From: an uncultured delta proteobacterium
GTDB lineage: Bacteria > Desulfobacterota > BSN033 > UBA1163
DNA: 64,000 bases
Assembly: GCA_963827685.1 (NCBI GenBank)
Contig: CAWHBU010000005.1
Coordinates: forward strand, 224,001-288,000
Reading direction: 5' to 3'
Of this stretch, positions 20,597-31,091 are shown one piece after another. Made by a program: the position numbers and the translations under genes. The notes beneath the pieces were generated by a model, which had not been told where the DNA came from, did no database searches, and saw nothing but the letters and a program-made list of their open reading frames with translations. Each line of letters starts with the position of its first letter. Position 1 is the stretch's first letter.

Positions 20597-21883
20597 TCAT
20601 TCTTTCGCCTTCCTTTTATAAGGCCGGTAAGCCAAATAAAAGTTTATTATAAAAAGACAGAAAGCAACGATACCCACGATCATAAGAACCTGAATCAAAG
20701 TGTCGTGGAATAATATCATTAAACCAAGCTCAATCAAGGTGAAGCAGAACAGAGGATAAAGAAACCATCTCCTGGGAGTGGAGAGATGGTAGTAGAGTAA
20801 GATCAAGGTCAGGGAGAAGAGGGTCATATTGACAGAAAACATTCCTATCAAAGGCGCACATTCTAAGTAGACCTTCCCACTCAGTACCCTGACGATGGAC
20901 AAAGGGAAGAGAAGGGAGAATAAGATGCTCCCACCACACAGAAAAACAGCTATTCTAAGGCTCTTTCCTAAAGTCGAAGGTATTCCTTCTTCCCGTCCCT
21001 CTAACGAGGAAAGTTTAGGAAACATAACCGTGACGATGGGAATAGGAAGAACGAGAATAATTTTCCCTACCATCTGGGCAATGGAATAATAACCCGCCTC
21101 AAAGGGTGTGAAGAAGTGTTTGACTAAAATCAAATCAATATTGGTAAGAACCATAAAGCATAATAATACCAATCCTGCTGAAAAGGAATACCGATATACC
21201 TCCGAAAAACTGGATGGGAGGGAACGCTTTGCTATGACTCCCTGATCGGCTACCGTCTTTTCCTTAAGAAGGCTAATTCCTATAAGGAATAAAGACAGAA
21301 TCGTTGTAACGATATAAGAAACGGCAATCGCGCCCATGGCTCCCCATAGCCCAAAACCCAAAAGGACGAAGAGGATCCCTAAGGCAAATTTAAGACCACT
21401 ATTAATGATGAGATTGAGGGTCAACAAACCAAATTTTTGTAATCCTTGAAGGCCTCCCCATAAAATAGGGATAACCATGGAGAAAGCCAGACTCAATCCA
21501 AAAAGGATGACCAATCCCCGGGAGGAAATTTGAAGGAAAGAAGAGATGGGGGAACTCGCAAAAATGATCACTAAAAAAAATGACAAGGCGATGATGGACA
21601 TCAATAAGAGAAAATGCCGCAGCAGTTCAATGGCTTGACGATATTGGTTTTGAACTTTGAAGGATGAAAAGAACCTCGTGACGGTGGTTTGAACCGTACC
21701 CGCGGGAACAGAGATTATCGCGAAGAGTGCGACGAGGGTGTTGAGGTGCCCGTAATCGGTGGGCGGGAGGATTCTTATCATGAACAAATGGTAAAGGAGG
21801 TTGAAAAGGTTGAATAACCCCATACCGATAAACACCAATCCGGTTTGCTTGATAAACTCATCCTTAAATCCGAACCATTTCAA
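20597..21883 (-). CDS. Wzx-type oligosaccharide flippase
   Basis: Polytopic membrane protein with NIDLILVKHF, AGYYS, VMFPK. Confidence 0.88.
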   Translation of the reverse strand: MKWFGFKDEFIKQTGLVFIGMGLFNLFNLLYHLFMIRILPPTDYGHLNTLVALFAIISVPAGTVQTTVTRFFSSFKVQNQYRQAIELLRHFLLLMSIIALSFFLVIIFASSPISSFLQISSRGLVILFGLSLAFSMVIPILWGGLQGLQKFGLLTLNLIINSGLKFALGILFVLLGFGLWGAMGAIAVSYIVTTILSLFLIGISLLKEKTVADQGVIAKRSLPSSFSEVYRYSFSAGLVLLCFMVLTNIDLILVKHFFTPFEAGYYSIAQMVGKIILVLPIPIVTVMFPKLSSLEGREEGIPSTLGKSLRIAVFLCGGSILFSLLFPLSIVRVLSGKVYLECAPLIGMFSVNMTLFSLTLILLYYHLSTPRRWFLYPLFCFTLIELGLMILFHDTLIQVLMIVGIVAFCLFIINFYLAYRPYKRKAKE

Positions 21884-23406
21884 TAAATCACCTCGTAAAT
21901 AATGGATGTTCGATCCGCTCTTATAAAAATTTCTTTTAGATCCGTTGATTGAATTGATTCAATGAAACCCGGGTTCATTTCGTGAGTATGTCTATTGACG
22001 AGAATATATCGAACCCCTCTTGTTTTTGCATCATGGATAATCTCGTTATAGGATTTGCCAGGATTCCCCGGTGTAGGAATCCCCTCAGGTAACATTGTGA
22101 ATTCTCGGTCAGCATAGAACGCTTCAATGGGACTATTACTCATAATGATAGCGTCCTGAGGGGTATTCTGTTTTAACCACAGTCCAACCTTTTTCTGATC
22201 TGCACGACTTCTTCTCTCCGGTGTCAGACTCTGTGGCAACTGGCTTAAAATCACAACCATGATGAATAAGGCAGTCACCTTTTCTGGATTCGATATCCTG
22301 ATTTTTTCCAAATATCTCTTAATTTCTAAAATACCTTGACCAGCCCAAAAGAGAGAAAGGGGAATGACCGGGACTGAAAAACGGATCGTGGAAGGGACAA
22401 AGGTGGACAAAGAAAACAGATGGAAGAGAACCAAGGAGGCTAAAAACAACTCAAAGGCAATAACCCTCCCCCTAACCCTTATTAGCCCAAAAAATAGAAA
22501 TAGCCACAACGAAAAGTGGTAAGCCCTCAAATAGTGATAGATAACAAAAGGGAGAAAGTGAACAACTTTTTGGGTGATCTTTTGGATTCTGAAATTCTTT
22601 TTTACGGGTTTATCTGGCTCAATACCCTTTGAAGGATTAACCTCCTCAACACCCTTTTTAAGAAATTGAGCTTGTGTTCCCAGCCCTTTCTTACTAATCA
22701 ACCATTGACCTGTTTCGCGATGGATATAGAGGACGTAGGGGATGACAAAGATAAAAACGCTCAAAACCAGAACTCCAATGGGGACGAATCTCTTAAGCCA
22801 CTTCTTTTTAAGACCGCCATCCACGATGATCCAAATTAGATAAACCAGAACATAACCCATCCCCTCTGGCCTTGTAAGATAGGCCAGACCAAGAAAACAT
22901 CCTGATAACGCTATCCTCCATACCTTCTCTTTCTTTAGCCCTATCCAGAAAAAATAAACCGATAGGATCAGAAACCCCCAATAAGTGGCTTCGGTGAGGA
23001 GCATTCCCGAATAAGTTACAAGGTAGGGATGGAAAGCATAGAGAAGCGCTGAAAAAATGGCTTCTTTTTTGCCAATTGCCTCTTTGACTAAATAAAATAA
23101 TGGAATGATGGTAAGAGTCCCGAAAAAAAGGGAGATTAATCTTCCTGTTATTTCAACATGCGTGGTATCCGGAGAAAACAAGAAGATCAAGAAAGGGAAA
23201 AAAGGATGGCCAGGCGATGACAATCCTTTTATAAAATGGCCCTTTAAAAAATCCCTCGCCATGAAACCATAGGCAGCGCTGTCATTGGCAATCCCCTGTG
23301 CCATCAGGACCGCATAAAGCCTTAATCCAAACGAAATCCCGACGAGGAGCAAAACTACCTGCTTTTCATCAAGGGTTTTGAAGAAATAAATAAACTTATT
23401 GATCAT
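21880..23406 (-). CDS. ArnT/PMT-like (GT-C) membrane glycosyltransferase
   Basis: NDSAAY, HPFFP, LLTE, LAYLTRPEG, soluble C-terminal domain. Confidence 0.85.
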   Translation of the reverse strand: MINKFIYFFKTLDEKQVVLLLVGISFGLRLYAVLMAQGIANDSAAYGFMARDFLKGHFIKGLSSPGHPFFPFLIFLFSPDTTHVEITGRLISLFFGTLTIIPLFYLVKEAIGKKEAIFSALLYAFHPYLVTYSGMLLTEATYWGFLILSVYFFWIGLKKEKVWRIALSGCFLGLAYLTRPEGMGYVLVYLIWIIVDGGLKKKWLKRFVPIGVLVLSVFIFVIPYVLYIHRETGQWLISKKGLGTQAQFLKKGVEEVNPSKGIEPDKPVKKNFRIQKITQKVVHFLPFVIYHYLRAYHFSLWLFLFFGLIRVRGRVIAFELFLASLVLFHLFSLSTFVPSTIRFSVPVIPLSLFWAGQGILEIKRYLEKIRISNPEKVTALFIMVVILSQLPQSLTPERRSRADQKKVGLWLKQNTPQDAIIMSNSPIEAFYADREFTMLPEGIPTPGNPGKSYNEIIHDAKTRGVRYILVNRHTHEMNPGFIESIQSTDLKEIFIRADRTSIIYEVIY

Positions 23407-23442
23407 TGATTTGAATTGAAGGGAGTTAAGATATTTCTATTT

Positions 23443-24609
23443 CTATATTCCATTGAATGAGCCAGAATGTCTCATTAAGATTTGGACGATCTTCTGGCTT
23501 GCCTTCCCATCTCCAAATATCTTACTTCCCTTTAGATACCTCCTTCGTCCCTCCGTATGACTTACCTCTTTCATAATTCTTTCCACACTTGTCCCTACCA
23601 ATACGTTCCAACCACTTTTGATTGTCTCCACCCATTCCGTCTCTTCCCTCAACGTCAAACAGGGAACCCCGAACCAATAGGCCTCTTTTTGAACCCCCCC
23701 TGAATCAGTCAGGATGGCCTTAGCATTCTTTCCCAGTTTGAGCATATCGAGATAAGAGACTGGTTCAATAAATTTAATATTTTTGAATTCGGAGGAGAGA
23801 TGATAGACCTTTATCATCTTCTTCGTCCTCGGATGAAGCGGAAGGACGACAGGGGTTTTTCCCCCAATCTCATTCAAGGCTCTACAGATAGATTTTAGTT
23901 TCTTAGGATCGTCAGTATTTTCAGCGCGGTGGAGAGTAGCCAGATAATAGTTCGGAGTTCGGAGTGAAGAGTTCGGAGTGAAGAGTCCAAGATCACTAAG
24001 GATGGACGACTTCTTTTGGGCCAATTTTGAATAATAGAGAATCGAATCGTACATCACATCGCCTACATTTTTAACTATTCTTCTACTTTCCTCTTTTATC
24101 CCTTCCTTCAGTAAATTCCGGACCGCCTGGTCAGTGGGACAGAATAGAAAAGTTGAAAGATGGTCCGTCAGGAGGCGATTAATTTCCTCGGGCATGTCCT
24201 GGTTATAGCTTCTCAAACCTGCCTCCACATGAGCGACAGGAATTTTTAGTTTTGCCGCCGCCAAAGCACCAGCCAATGTCGAATTCGTATCACCATAAAC
24301 GATGACCCTTTCAGGTCTTTCCTTTTCAAGGACCATCTCAATACGTTCAAGCATCTTACCGGTCTGCTTGGCATGAGAACCGGAACCCACCCCCAGATGG
24401 TAATCCGGCTTGGGAAGCTTAAGTTCTTCAAAAAAGACTTTATCCATCATGTAGTCATAGTGCTGTCCGGTATGAACCAGTATTTCTTGAATCCGCCTCT
24501 TTTCGTAGAGTCGAGTCTGCGACCTTTCATTGATTTTTTGGATCGCACGACAGATTGCTGCGGCCTTAATAAATTGGGGCCTTGCGCCCACAATGGTCAC
24601 AATCTTCAT
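23443..24609 (-). CDS. wecB: Non-hydrolysing UDP-GlcNAc (or UDP-GlcNAc3NAcA) 2-epimerase
   Basis: VGARPQFIK, HTGQHYD, GDTNST, HVEAGLRS, TDSGGVQKEA. Confidence 0.95.
   Translation of the reverse strand: MKIVTIVGARPQFIKAAAICRAIQKINERSQTRLYEKRRIQEILVHTGQHYDYMMDKVFFEELKLPKPDYHLGVGSGSHAKQTGKMLERIEMVLEKERPERVIVYGDTNSTLAGALAAAKLKIPVAHVEAGLRSYNQDMPEEINRLLTDHLSTFLFCPTDQAVRNLLKEGIKEESRRIVKNVGDVMYDSILYYSKLAQKKSSILSDLGLFTPNSSLRTPNYYLATLHRAENTDDPKKLKSICRALNEIGGKTPVVLPLHPRTKKMIKVYHLSSEFKNIKFIEPVSYLDMLKLGKNAKAILTDSGGVQKEAYWFGVPCLTLREETEWVETIKSGWNVLVGTSVERIMKEVSHTEGRRRYLKGSKIFGDGKASQKIVQILMRHSGSFNGI
23949..23990. repeat. Heptamer tandem array inside wecB
   Basis: AGTTCGG AGTTCGG AGTGAAG AGTTCGG AGTGAAG AGTCCAA. 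Confidence 0.8.
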
Positions 24610-24774
24610 CCTTTGACTCCAAGAGGGATAAACTGTTCTTTTATGGATGTTTCATCAATCGAATAAACTGTTTGGCATCGACAAAACGACCTCATCAGAA
24701 GCAACCCGTCCAGCTTTTTCGATCTCCACGTTATGCCTCCTCGTGGAATAGGCTCAAAAAGGTCCATGCTACAC

Positions 24775-25692
24775 TCAAAATATCCCTACCTCATCACGAT
24801 TACTTGCTCTTAGAGAGTCTTTGGCGTGTTGGTAAACCAGGAAATATTTTTTCAATTTGTATTTTGTTTTTGACTTATTTTTAACAAAGGGAAGTGAAAG
24901 GGTAAGCATTACTATTCTCCACCATGCTTTGAACACCTTCTCTCTATTGATCCGCTTCACCGTCTCTGGATAATAATGCTTTCTATAGAAGATATGCTCA
25001 GCACGAATTTTCTTGTCCCATACTCCAAGTGGCGTTGTGTTTCTTTCGCTCTGGCCACCCGAATGAATAATGACTGCTTCGTCTACATAACCGATTTCGT
25101 AGCCATGCTTCCTCACTCTTAGACAGATATCCTGATCCTCTCCATACAGAAAAAAATCTTCGTCGAACCCCCCGATTTTCTTTATCAGATCAGCACGGGC
25201 GACCATACTCGCACCGATAACGCATGCAATAGAGCCTGGGAGCCCCGAAAGTTCATCTTGGGTGTATTCTTGTCCCAAATATTGTTCGGATTTCGACCAC
25301 TGTAATGTTCCATCTGGGTCAATCAACCTGGTTCCTGCTAAACCTACGTGGGGATTTGATTCCATATAGGATAGTATTCCTCGTAAGGCCCCTCTCCTGA
25401 GTCTCGTATCCGGGTTAAGAAAAAAGATGTATTTTCCTCGGCATTGATGTAGAACTTGATTATTCGCGGCGGCAAATCCTCGATTTTTATCATTAGCAAA
25501 GAGGGACACCATGGGGAATACTTTTTGAAGATAAGCTACGCTGCCGTCGCTCGATCCGTTGTCCACGACAAAGATTTCCTTACGGCAATCTTCCTCCGCG
25601 AGGATCGACCGAATACAGATCCCGACTAAGTCTTCGGTATTGTACGACACAATTATAATTGAAACTTCGGGTTGTCCTGTTTCACCGATCAT
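24775..25692 (-). CDS. GT2 glycosyltransferase
   Basis: IIVSYN, VDNGSSD, LNPDT, DEDFFLYGED. Confidence 0.93.
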   Translation of the reverse strand: MIGETGQPEVSIIIVSYNTEDLVGICIRSILAEEDCRKEIFVVDNGSSDGSVAYLQKVFPMVSLFANDKNRGFAAANNQVLHQCRGKYIFFLNPDTRLRRGALRGILSYMESNPHVGLAGTRLIDPDGTLQWSKSEQYLGQEYTQDELSGLPGSIACVIGASMVARADLIKKIGGFDEDFFLYGEDQDICLRVRKHGYEIGYVDEAVIIHSGGQSERNTTPLGVWDKKIRAEHIFYRKHYYPETVKRINREKVFKAWWRIVMLTLSLPFVKNKSKTKYKLKKYFLVYQHAKDSLRASNRDEVGIF

Positions 25693-25727
25693 TCGTTAGC
25701 TATCCGGTTTGGGTGCAATATGGATGA

Positions 25728-26309
25728 TTAAGAAATTCCCAAAAACTCAACTTTATCCTTTATTTTACGATAAGATTTCCCACAGGCCTTGCACGAACCT
25801 TTCCCGGATCGGAAGGTTATCTCCTCAGCACATTGGCAGACCCATCCCTTCACTTTTCCTGGATTTCCATAAACCAAAGAATAATCCGGAACATCCCTGG
25901 TCACCACAGAACCCGCCCCAATAAAAGCATACTGACCAATCGTATTTCCACAGACAATTGTCACATTGGCACCCATGGTGGCTCCTCTTTTCACCAAAGT
26001 ATTCCGAAATTCTTTCTTTCTCGATATGAAACTCCTGGGGTTAAAGACATTCGTAAAGACCATAGAGGGCCCGCAGAAAACATGATCCTCCAAGATCACT
26101 CCATCATAGATAGAGACATTGTTTTGAACCTTTATATTATTTCCTAAGACCGCACCTGAACCGATAAAGACATTCTGACCGATGACACAGTTCTCCCCAA
26201 TCCTCGCACCCGACATGATGTGGGTGAAGTGCCAGATCTTGGTCCGCTCCCCAATCTCTACGGGTCCATCCACGACAGCCGTGGGGTGAATAAAGTATTC
26301 CTTTTCCAT
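25728..26309 (-). CDS. WbpD/WlbB-type N-acetyltransferase
   Basis: [27 protein letters not shown]-terminal CQC...CKAC. Confidence 0.9.
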   Translation of the reverse strand: MEKEYFIHPTAVVDGPVEIGERTKIWHFTHIMSGARIGENCVIGQNVFIGSGAVLGNNIKVQNNVSIYDGVILEDHVFCGPSMVFTNVFNPRSFISRKKEFRNTLVKRGATMGANVTIVCGNTIGQYAFIGAGSVVTRDVPDYSLVYGNPGKVKGWVCQCAEEITFRSGKGSCKACGKSYRKIKDKVEFLGIS

Positions 26310-26313
26310 CTCC

Positions 26314-27345
26314 CTATTCTCCTTCGAGGCGGATTGGAAACCCCTTCTTCTTCAAAGACTCCTGGGCAGCCATAAGAATTTTTACCACTCTAAGTCCGTC
26401 CCGGCCTCCGGTTTTAGGTTCTTTCCGCGATTCGATGCTTTGAATAAAATGTTCTGCTTCAGCCCTGAGCGGTTCAGCCATCTTGATACTCGGAATGGTA
26501 ATATCTCCAAACCTCAGGCTGAGGTATTCCCCATAGGTATCATAGGAGAGATTCTTTACCCCTTTATCATAGATCTTCAGTTTCTCGGAAGCCTCCATAT
26601 CGTCGAAGACCACCATCTTTTTTGAGCCCACGATGGTGATCTTTCTTAACTTATGAGGATCCAGCCAACTCAAATGAATATTTGCCATCTTGCCATCAGA
26701 GAATTGGAGTCCAAGAAACACCACATCCTCAATCCCCTTCTGGATATAACTCTCTCCATGAGCGGTCACCGCAACCGGTCCTTCCTCGAGGAGGTATAGG
26801 ATGACCGATAGATCATGGGGGGCAAAAGAAAGGAGGGCATTTTCATCCTGACGGATCACACCGAGATTGACCCGCTGGGTATAAATATAATAAATTCTTC
26901 CCAATTCACCGGACCCGACCATTTCCTTCAGCCGGTCGACCACAGGATGATAGATCAAAAGATGACCCACCATGAGAATTCTTTTTCTCTTCTTTGCGAT
27001 CCCTAACATCTCCTCGGCATCTTTTGTATTCAAGGCCATCGGTTTCTCTACCAACACGTCTTTATCGGCTAACATGGTCTCTTTCGAAATGGAATAATGG
27101 GAGAGAGCTGAAGAAGCCACCACGACTCCTCTCACCTCTGGATCTTGAAGAATGGGTTTCAAATCCTCAACCATCTTCGTTTGGGGATAGGTCTTCTGTA
27201 ATGAGAGCAATTTCGAAGGATCCTGATCACAGACATATTTCAATCGAACATTGGGAATTTCGGAAAACACCCTGATGTGGTTTTTCCCCCATGCCCCAGC
27301 TCCCACGACAGCAACGCTGATCATAGAATCTCCTCCAGCAACCAA
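26314..27345 (-). CDS. Gfo/Idh/MocA oxidoreductase (possible nucleotide-sugar 3-dehydrogenase)
   Basis: VGAGAWG, LVEKPM, SFAPHD. Confidence 0.9.
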   Translation of the reverse strand: MVAGGDSMISVAVVGAGAWGKNHIRVFSEIPNVRLKYVCDQDPSKLLSLQKTYPQTKMVEDLKPILQDPEVRGVVVASSALSHYSISKETMLADKDVLVEKPMALNTKDAEEMLGIAKKRKRILMVGHLLIYHPVVDRLKEMVGSGELGRIYYIYTQRVNLGVIRQDENALLSFAPHDLSVILYLLEEGPVAVTAHGESYIQKGIEDVVFLGLQFSDGKMANIHLSWLDPHKLRKITIVGSKKMVVFDDMEASEKLKIYDKGVKNLSYDTYGEYLSLRFGDITIPSIKMAEPLRAEAEHFIQSIESRKEPKTGGRDGLRVVKILMAAQESLKKKGFPIRLEGE

Positions 27346-27395
27346 TTCATAATTTGGCCGGCAAGTGTTCCTCGACCCCGCCCCCCCAAAGCCTT

Positions 27396-28064
27396 CTAAG
27401 GGGCTCTACCCGTTTTAACTCCTATGATTCGATATTGAAGCACCAAGAAATCGATCAACCCATTAAAAACCAGCCTGTTGATGAACTTCATCGTCTTGCT
27501 GCACCGTTTCTTCTTTATCAACTTTTTGATCTCATAGCCCGTTTCTCGAAACATATTTTCAATCGTCTTCAGAGTAAAAAAACGCAAATGGGTTCTATCT
27601 AATATTCCTAGGTCAACATATTCCCATCGCCCGTCCAAAATTAAAGGTTTTAGAATTTTATAATATCGGATGTTAGGAATGCTACAGATAATGATTCCGT
27701 CATCTTTTAGAATTTCCCGGTGGCTTTTAAGAACTTTCCAAGGATCAACCAAGTGTTCCAACACATCGCCGTAGACAATACAGTCGAAGAAACCTCTGCT
27801 GAAGGGCAAGATATCCTTTTCAATATCACCGATGATTACTTCTTGATAGTAGGATTTTGCTTGCTGGGCGGCATGGGGATTAACTTCAACCGCGAAAATC
27901 TCTTCAAAACCTTTCTCTTTAAGTATTTGCCCCGTCTTCCCTACACCACAGCCTACATCCAATATTCTCCTGGCTCCTTTGGGAACGAGTTCGATCAGGT
28001 CGGTTCTTGGAAAAAATCCATGGAAATAATTAAACTCTTGATGGCTCATCGTCATCCCAATCAT
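27396..28064 (-). CDS. Class I SAM methyltransferase
   Basis: LDVGCGVG, DVLEHLVDP, GILDRTHLRFFT. Confidence 0.92.
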   Translation of the reverse strand: MIGMTMSHQEFNYFHGFFPRTDLIELVPKGARRILDVGCGVGKTGQILKEKGFEEIFAVEVNPHAAQQAKSYYQEVIIGDIEKDILPFSRGFFDCIVYGDVLEHLVDPWKVLKSHREILKDDGIIICSIPNIRYYKILKPLILDGRWEYVDLGILDRTHLRFFTLKTIENMFRETGYEIKKLIKKKRCSKTMKFINRLVFNGLIDFLVLQYRIIGVKTGRAP

Positions 28065-28215
28065 TCTTTCTATTCTGTTCTATTGCCCAAGTCTCTTGAG
28101 GCAAAGTTCAAACTTTCAGGATAACATGACTCGAATCCTTTTCAAAAGCAGAATGCCGTTTCGATTCAGATAAGAAGATCGACCAGCCCTCCACTCCTTT
28201 CTTTTTATGATCCGG

Positions 28216-29205
28216 CTAAATGGCCTTCTGCAATCCCATCCCTTCAGGAAAGAACCTTAGATGCCACCAGAACAGATAGGCATAAATTGACAGTTTTCGT
28301 CGCCAGCTTTTGACCGTGAATAAGGTAACCAGACAAGCCGTGATCATTAGCAATAGCTCGAAACCCAGTCTTATCAGCAAGCCGGCCAGGAGAACGAACC
28401 ATTGTACCTCCCCCCTATTTTTTCTGAAAAAATGGTATCGGGAACGACAGTATTCAACTTTTGCTCTCTTCTTTTCTGTCTCGGCACTTTTTCCTTGAAA
28501 ATGATAAACTTCAGCCTGAGGGACATGGTAGATCTTCCAGCCTGCCTGCTTCATCCGATAGCACCAATCCGTTTCTTCAAGAAAAAGAAAATAATCCTCA
28601 TCCAATAAGCCTACCTGATCTAAAGCATCTCGTCTCACCATCATGCAGGCACCAATCACCGAATCAACTTCAACGGGTCCGGAATATCTTCTCTCCTTTC
28701 CTGGAAACTTTTTCGGGAAGAGCCATCTCAGAAGACTCTTATTGAGGAGCTCTGTGGCCAGGGAAGGAAAATTGGCGATGGAGTTCTGTTTCGACCCATC
28801 TGAATTGAGTAGTTGTGCCCCTGCCACCCCGACATCGGAATGGGCATCCATAAAGGATACTAATCGTTCAATAGCTCCGTCCTTCACCTGAATGTCTGGA
28901 TTCAAGAGAAGAACATATCTTCCAGATGCTTTTTGAAGCCCCTGGTTGACGGCCTTTGAAAATCCCAAGTTTCTCTCATTTACGATGAGATGCACGAAGG
29001 GAAATGTCTTCCTTATTTCATCTGCGCTTCCGTCCTGGGATCCATTCTCAACCACAACAACCTCCCAGCCCATCCTTTGCTGATTTTCAAAAATCGACCG
29101 CACACAGGGAAGGAGGAACTCTTTCGTATTCCAATTAACGATAATAATGGACAAATCAATCACGCCGTAACGAACTCCAAGTATAATCAGTTCTACCCAT
29201 CTCAA
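28216..29205 (-). CDS. GT2 glycosyltransferase
   Basis: SIIIVNWN, LLNPD, DEDYFLFLEETD; true start may be slightly downstream. Confidence 0.92.
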   Translation of the reverse strand: MRWVELIILGVRYGVIDLSIIIVNWNTKEFLLPCVRSIFENQQRMGWEVVVVENGSQDGSADEIRKTFPFVHLIVNERNLGFSKAVNQGLQKASGRYVLLLNPDIQVKDGAIERLVSFMDAHSDVGVAGAQLLNSDGSKQNSIANFPSLATELLNKSLLRWLFPKKFPGKERRYSGPVEVDSVIGACMMVRRDALDQVGLLDEDYFLFLEETDWCYRMKQAGWKIYHVPQAEVYHFQGKSAETEKKRAKVEYCRSRYHFFRKNRGEVQWFVLLAGLLIRLGFELLLMITACLVTLFTVKSWRRKLSIYAYLFWWHLRFFPEGMGLQKAI

Positions 29206-29222
29206 ATTACCTGCAAACCAAT

Positions 29223-30350
29223 TTAACCCAATTCTTTTATAAAATTTGTGAGATCCTGTCTCGTCCTCTCTAGCGTAAAACCTCTTGCTACATCAATCCC
29301 CTTCTCTTGGCACCTCTCCCTAAGTCCTCTGTCTTCGATAAAAGTGAGAACCCCTTCAGCAATTCTATCCGGTCGATGAGTTGGGACAAAATAGGCAAAA
29401 TCTCTCCCTGTTCCAAAATTCCTGTAACTCGATATTTCAGTGAATATGGAGGGAACACCGCTCGCAAGGGCTTCCATGGCTGGCAAACCAAATCCTTCAC
29501 CCTCAAGTGAAGAAGAGATAAAGATATCCATACTCCGATAGAGTTCTGCCATTTCCTTCTCTCTTAAATTGATGTAATATTGATCGACCAGTTTTCCCAC
29601 TTCCTCTCTTTCAGAAGGAGGATGAGGAGAAACTCTTATGAATTCTACAGGGATTCCTCTTTCTTTCAATATTCTTATGGATTGGAGGGTATCTGGGATC
29701 CCTTTAAACCCTACCTGCATCGAGCCGACAGACAAAATCCTGATCCTTCCATTTTCGCCCCAGATCCTATTTCCATCGGGATAAAATATTTTTGGATCGA
29801 TGCCATTTTGTATGAGACCACATTTCTGGTGATAGCGTTTTTCAATCAACTCGACCAGATGTTTGGAAACCGCCGCTTTAATTGTCGGAAGGGCATAGAT
29901 CGACTCAATCTCCTTGATCCTCTTTATAAATTTCAATATATCCATGCCCCTTTTCAATATTGGAAAGAAGCCTCTCCTCAAATATTTCTCAGTTATCGCC
30001 TCGCCCTTGATCCTTGACATATAATCGATTGGCTCATAACCCTGGCAAAGATGAACCATCTTCGCCTTGCCTCTCTGAAAAAGCCTCTTCACATCACTAT
30101 ATAAGGTTCCGACATAGATATCACAATTTGGGATATCATCCTCCGTTTTCACAATCATTGGCTTTTCATATAAATTTAACTCTGCTAAATTCAATTCTGT
30201 TTGCACATTTTTTGTCACGAGGAATGTCTCATAACCCATTTCATTAAGTATCTTCACATGTTGCGAAACTACTTTTACACCCCCAGATGTCGCCAACTTG
30301 CCGTACCTATCTTTCAGGACATAATCCTTGATAAAATACCCTATCTTCAT
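29223..30350 (-). CDS. GT4 glycosyltransferase
   Basis: EGFGLPAMEALASG. Confidence 0.92.
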   Translation of the reverse strand: MKIGYFIKDYVLKDRYGKLATSGGVKVVSQHVKILNEMGYETFLVTKNVQTELNLAELNLYEKPMIVKTEDDIPNCDIYVGTLYSDVKRLFQRGKAKMVHLCQGYEPIDYMSRIKGEAITEKYLRRGFFPILKRGMDILKFIKRIKEIESIYALPTIKAAVSKHLVELIEKRYHQKCGLIQNGIDPKIFYPDGNRIWGENGRIRILSVGSMQVGFKGIPDTLQSIRILKERGIPVEFIRVSPHPPSEREEVGKLVDQYYINLREKEMAELYRSMDIFISSSLEGEGFGLPAMEALASGVPSIFTEISSYRNFGTGRDFAYFVPTHRPDRIAEGVLTFIEDRGLRERCQEKGIDVARGFTLERTRQDLTNFIKELG

Positions 30351-30485
30351 CCCTTCTCCGTCTTTATTTCTTCTTCCTCTCTCGCCAAGATCAATATATT
30401 TTCGCTCATGATCAGTCGGCGATAAGTAAACGATTTCTCTTTCTATGCTCTTTTAACCAGCCAATGGAGAAAATTTTCATCATAT

Positions 30486-31091
30486 TTACGATTGAGAATG
30501 AAAAATTCCTTTGAGGCGTGCCACCCTCCGCTCTAGCTTTTTTAAGATTTGGTCATCACTCCCCACGGTTCTCAAAGGAGGGAGTCTACCCCATGTCTCC
30601 GGATTAGAAGTCTTCTGAGCCGTGACCCATATCCCCTTCGGTCTTTTTAAATTTCCCTCCAAGGCACAATCCAAAATTTTAAACCGATTCAATAAAAGCT
30701 CAATCCCATCCGGTGTAAATCTCCAATAATCTTTGGGAGCACGATGGATCTTAAAATGCATAACAGTGGTCAAGATGAGAAGTCCATTTGGACGAAGCAC
30801 ACGATGGATTTCATCGATCGCCTTTTGAGGATGGGGAAGGTGCTCAAGGGATTCGAGGTTCAATACCAATCCAATGCTCTCATCTGAAATCGGCTTCATG
30901 TCTGCGATATCACAGATAATGTCAATGCAGGCCGGGTTGAAGTCCGTCATATCCTGCTTAATATACCGTTTTCCTGGAAAGAGGGGCTGATAAAAATTCG
31001 GTTCCCATCCGGCGCAGGTATCGAGGATAGGTTCCTCAAAGGGGAAACGCCCGATCGCCCATTTGACATAGTTGACAATCGCTTTTCTCAA
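30486..31091 (-). CDS. SAM methyltransferase
   Basis: SLEH, VLRPNG, HRAPKDYWRFT. Confidence 0.85.
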   Translation of the reverse strand: MRKAIVNYVKWAIGRFPFEEPILDTCAGWEPNFYQPLFPGKRYIKQDMTDFNPACIDIICDIADMKPISDESIGLVLNLESLEHLPHPQKAIDEIHRVLRPNGLLILTTVMHFKIHRAPKDYWRFTPDGIELLLNRFKILDCALEGNLKRPKGIWVTAQKTSNPETWGRLPPLRTVGSDDQILKKLERRVARLKGIFHSQS

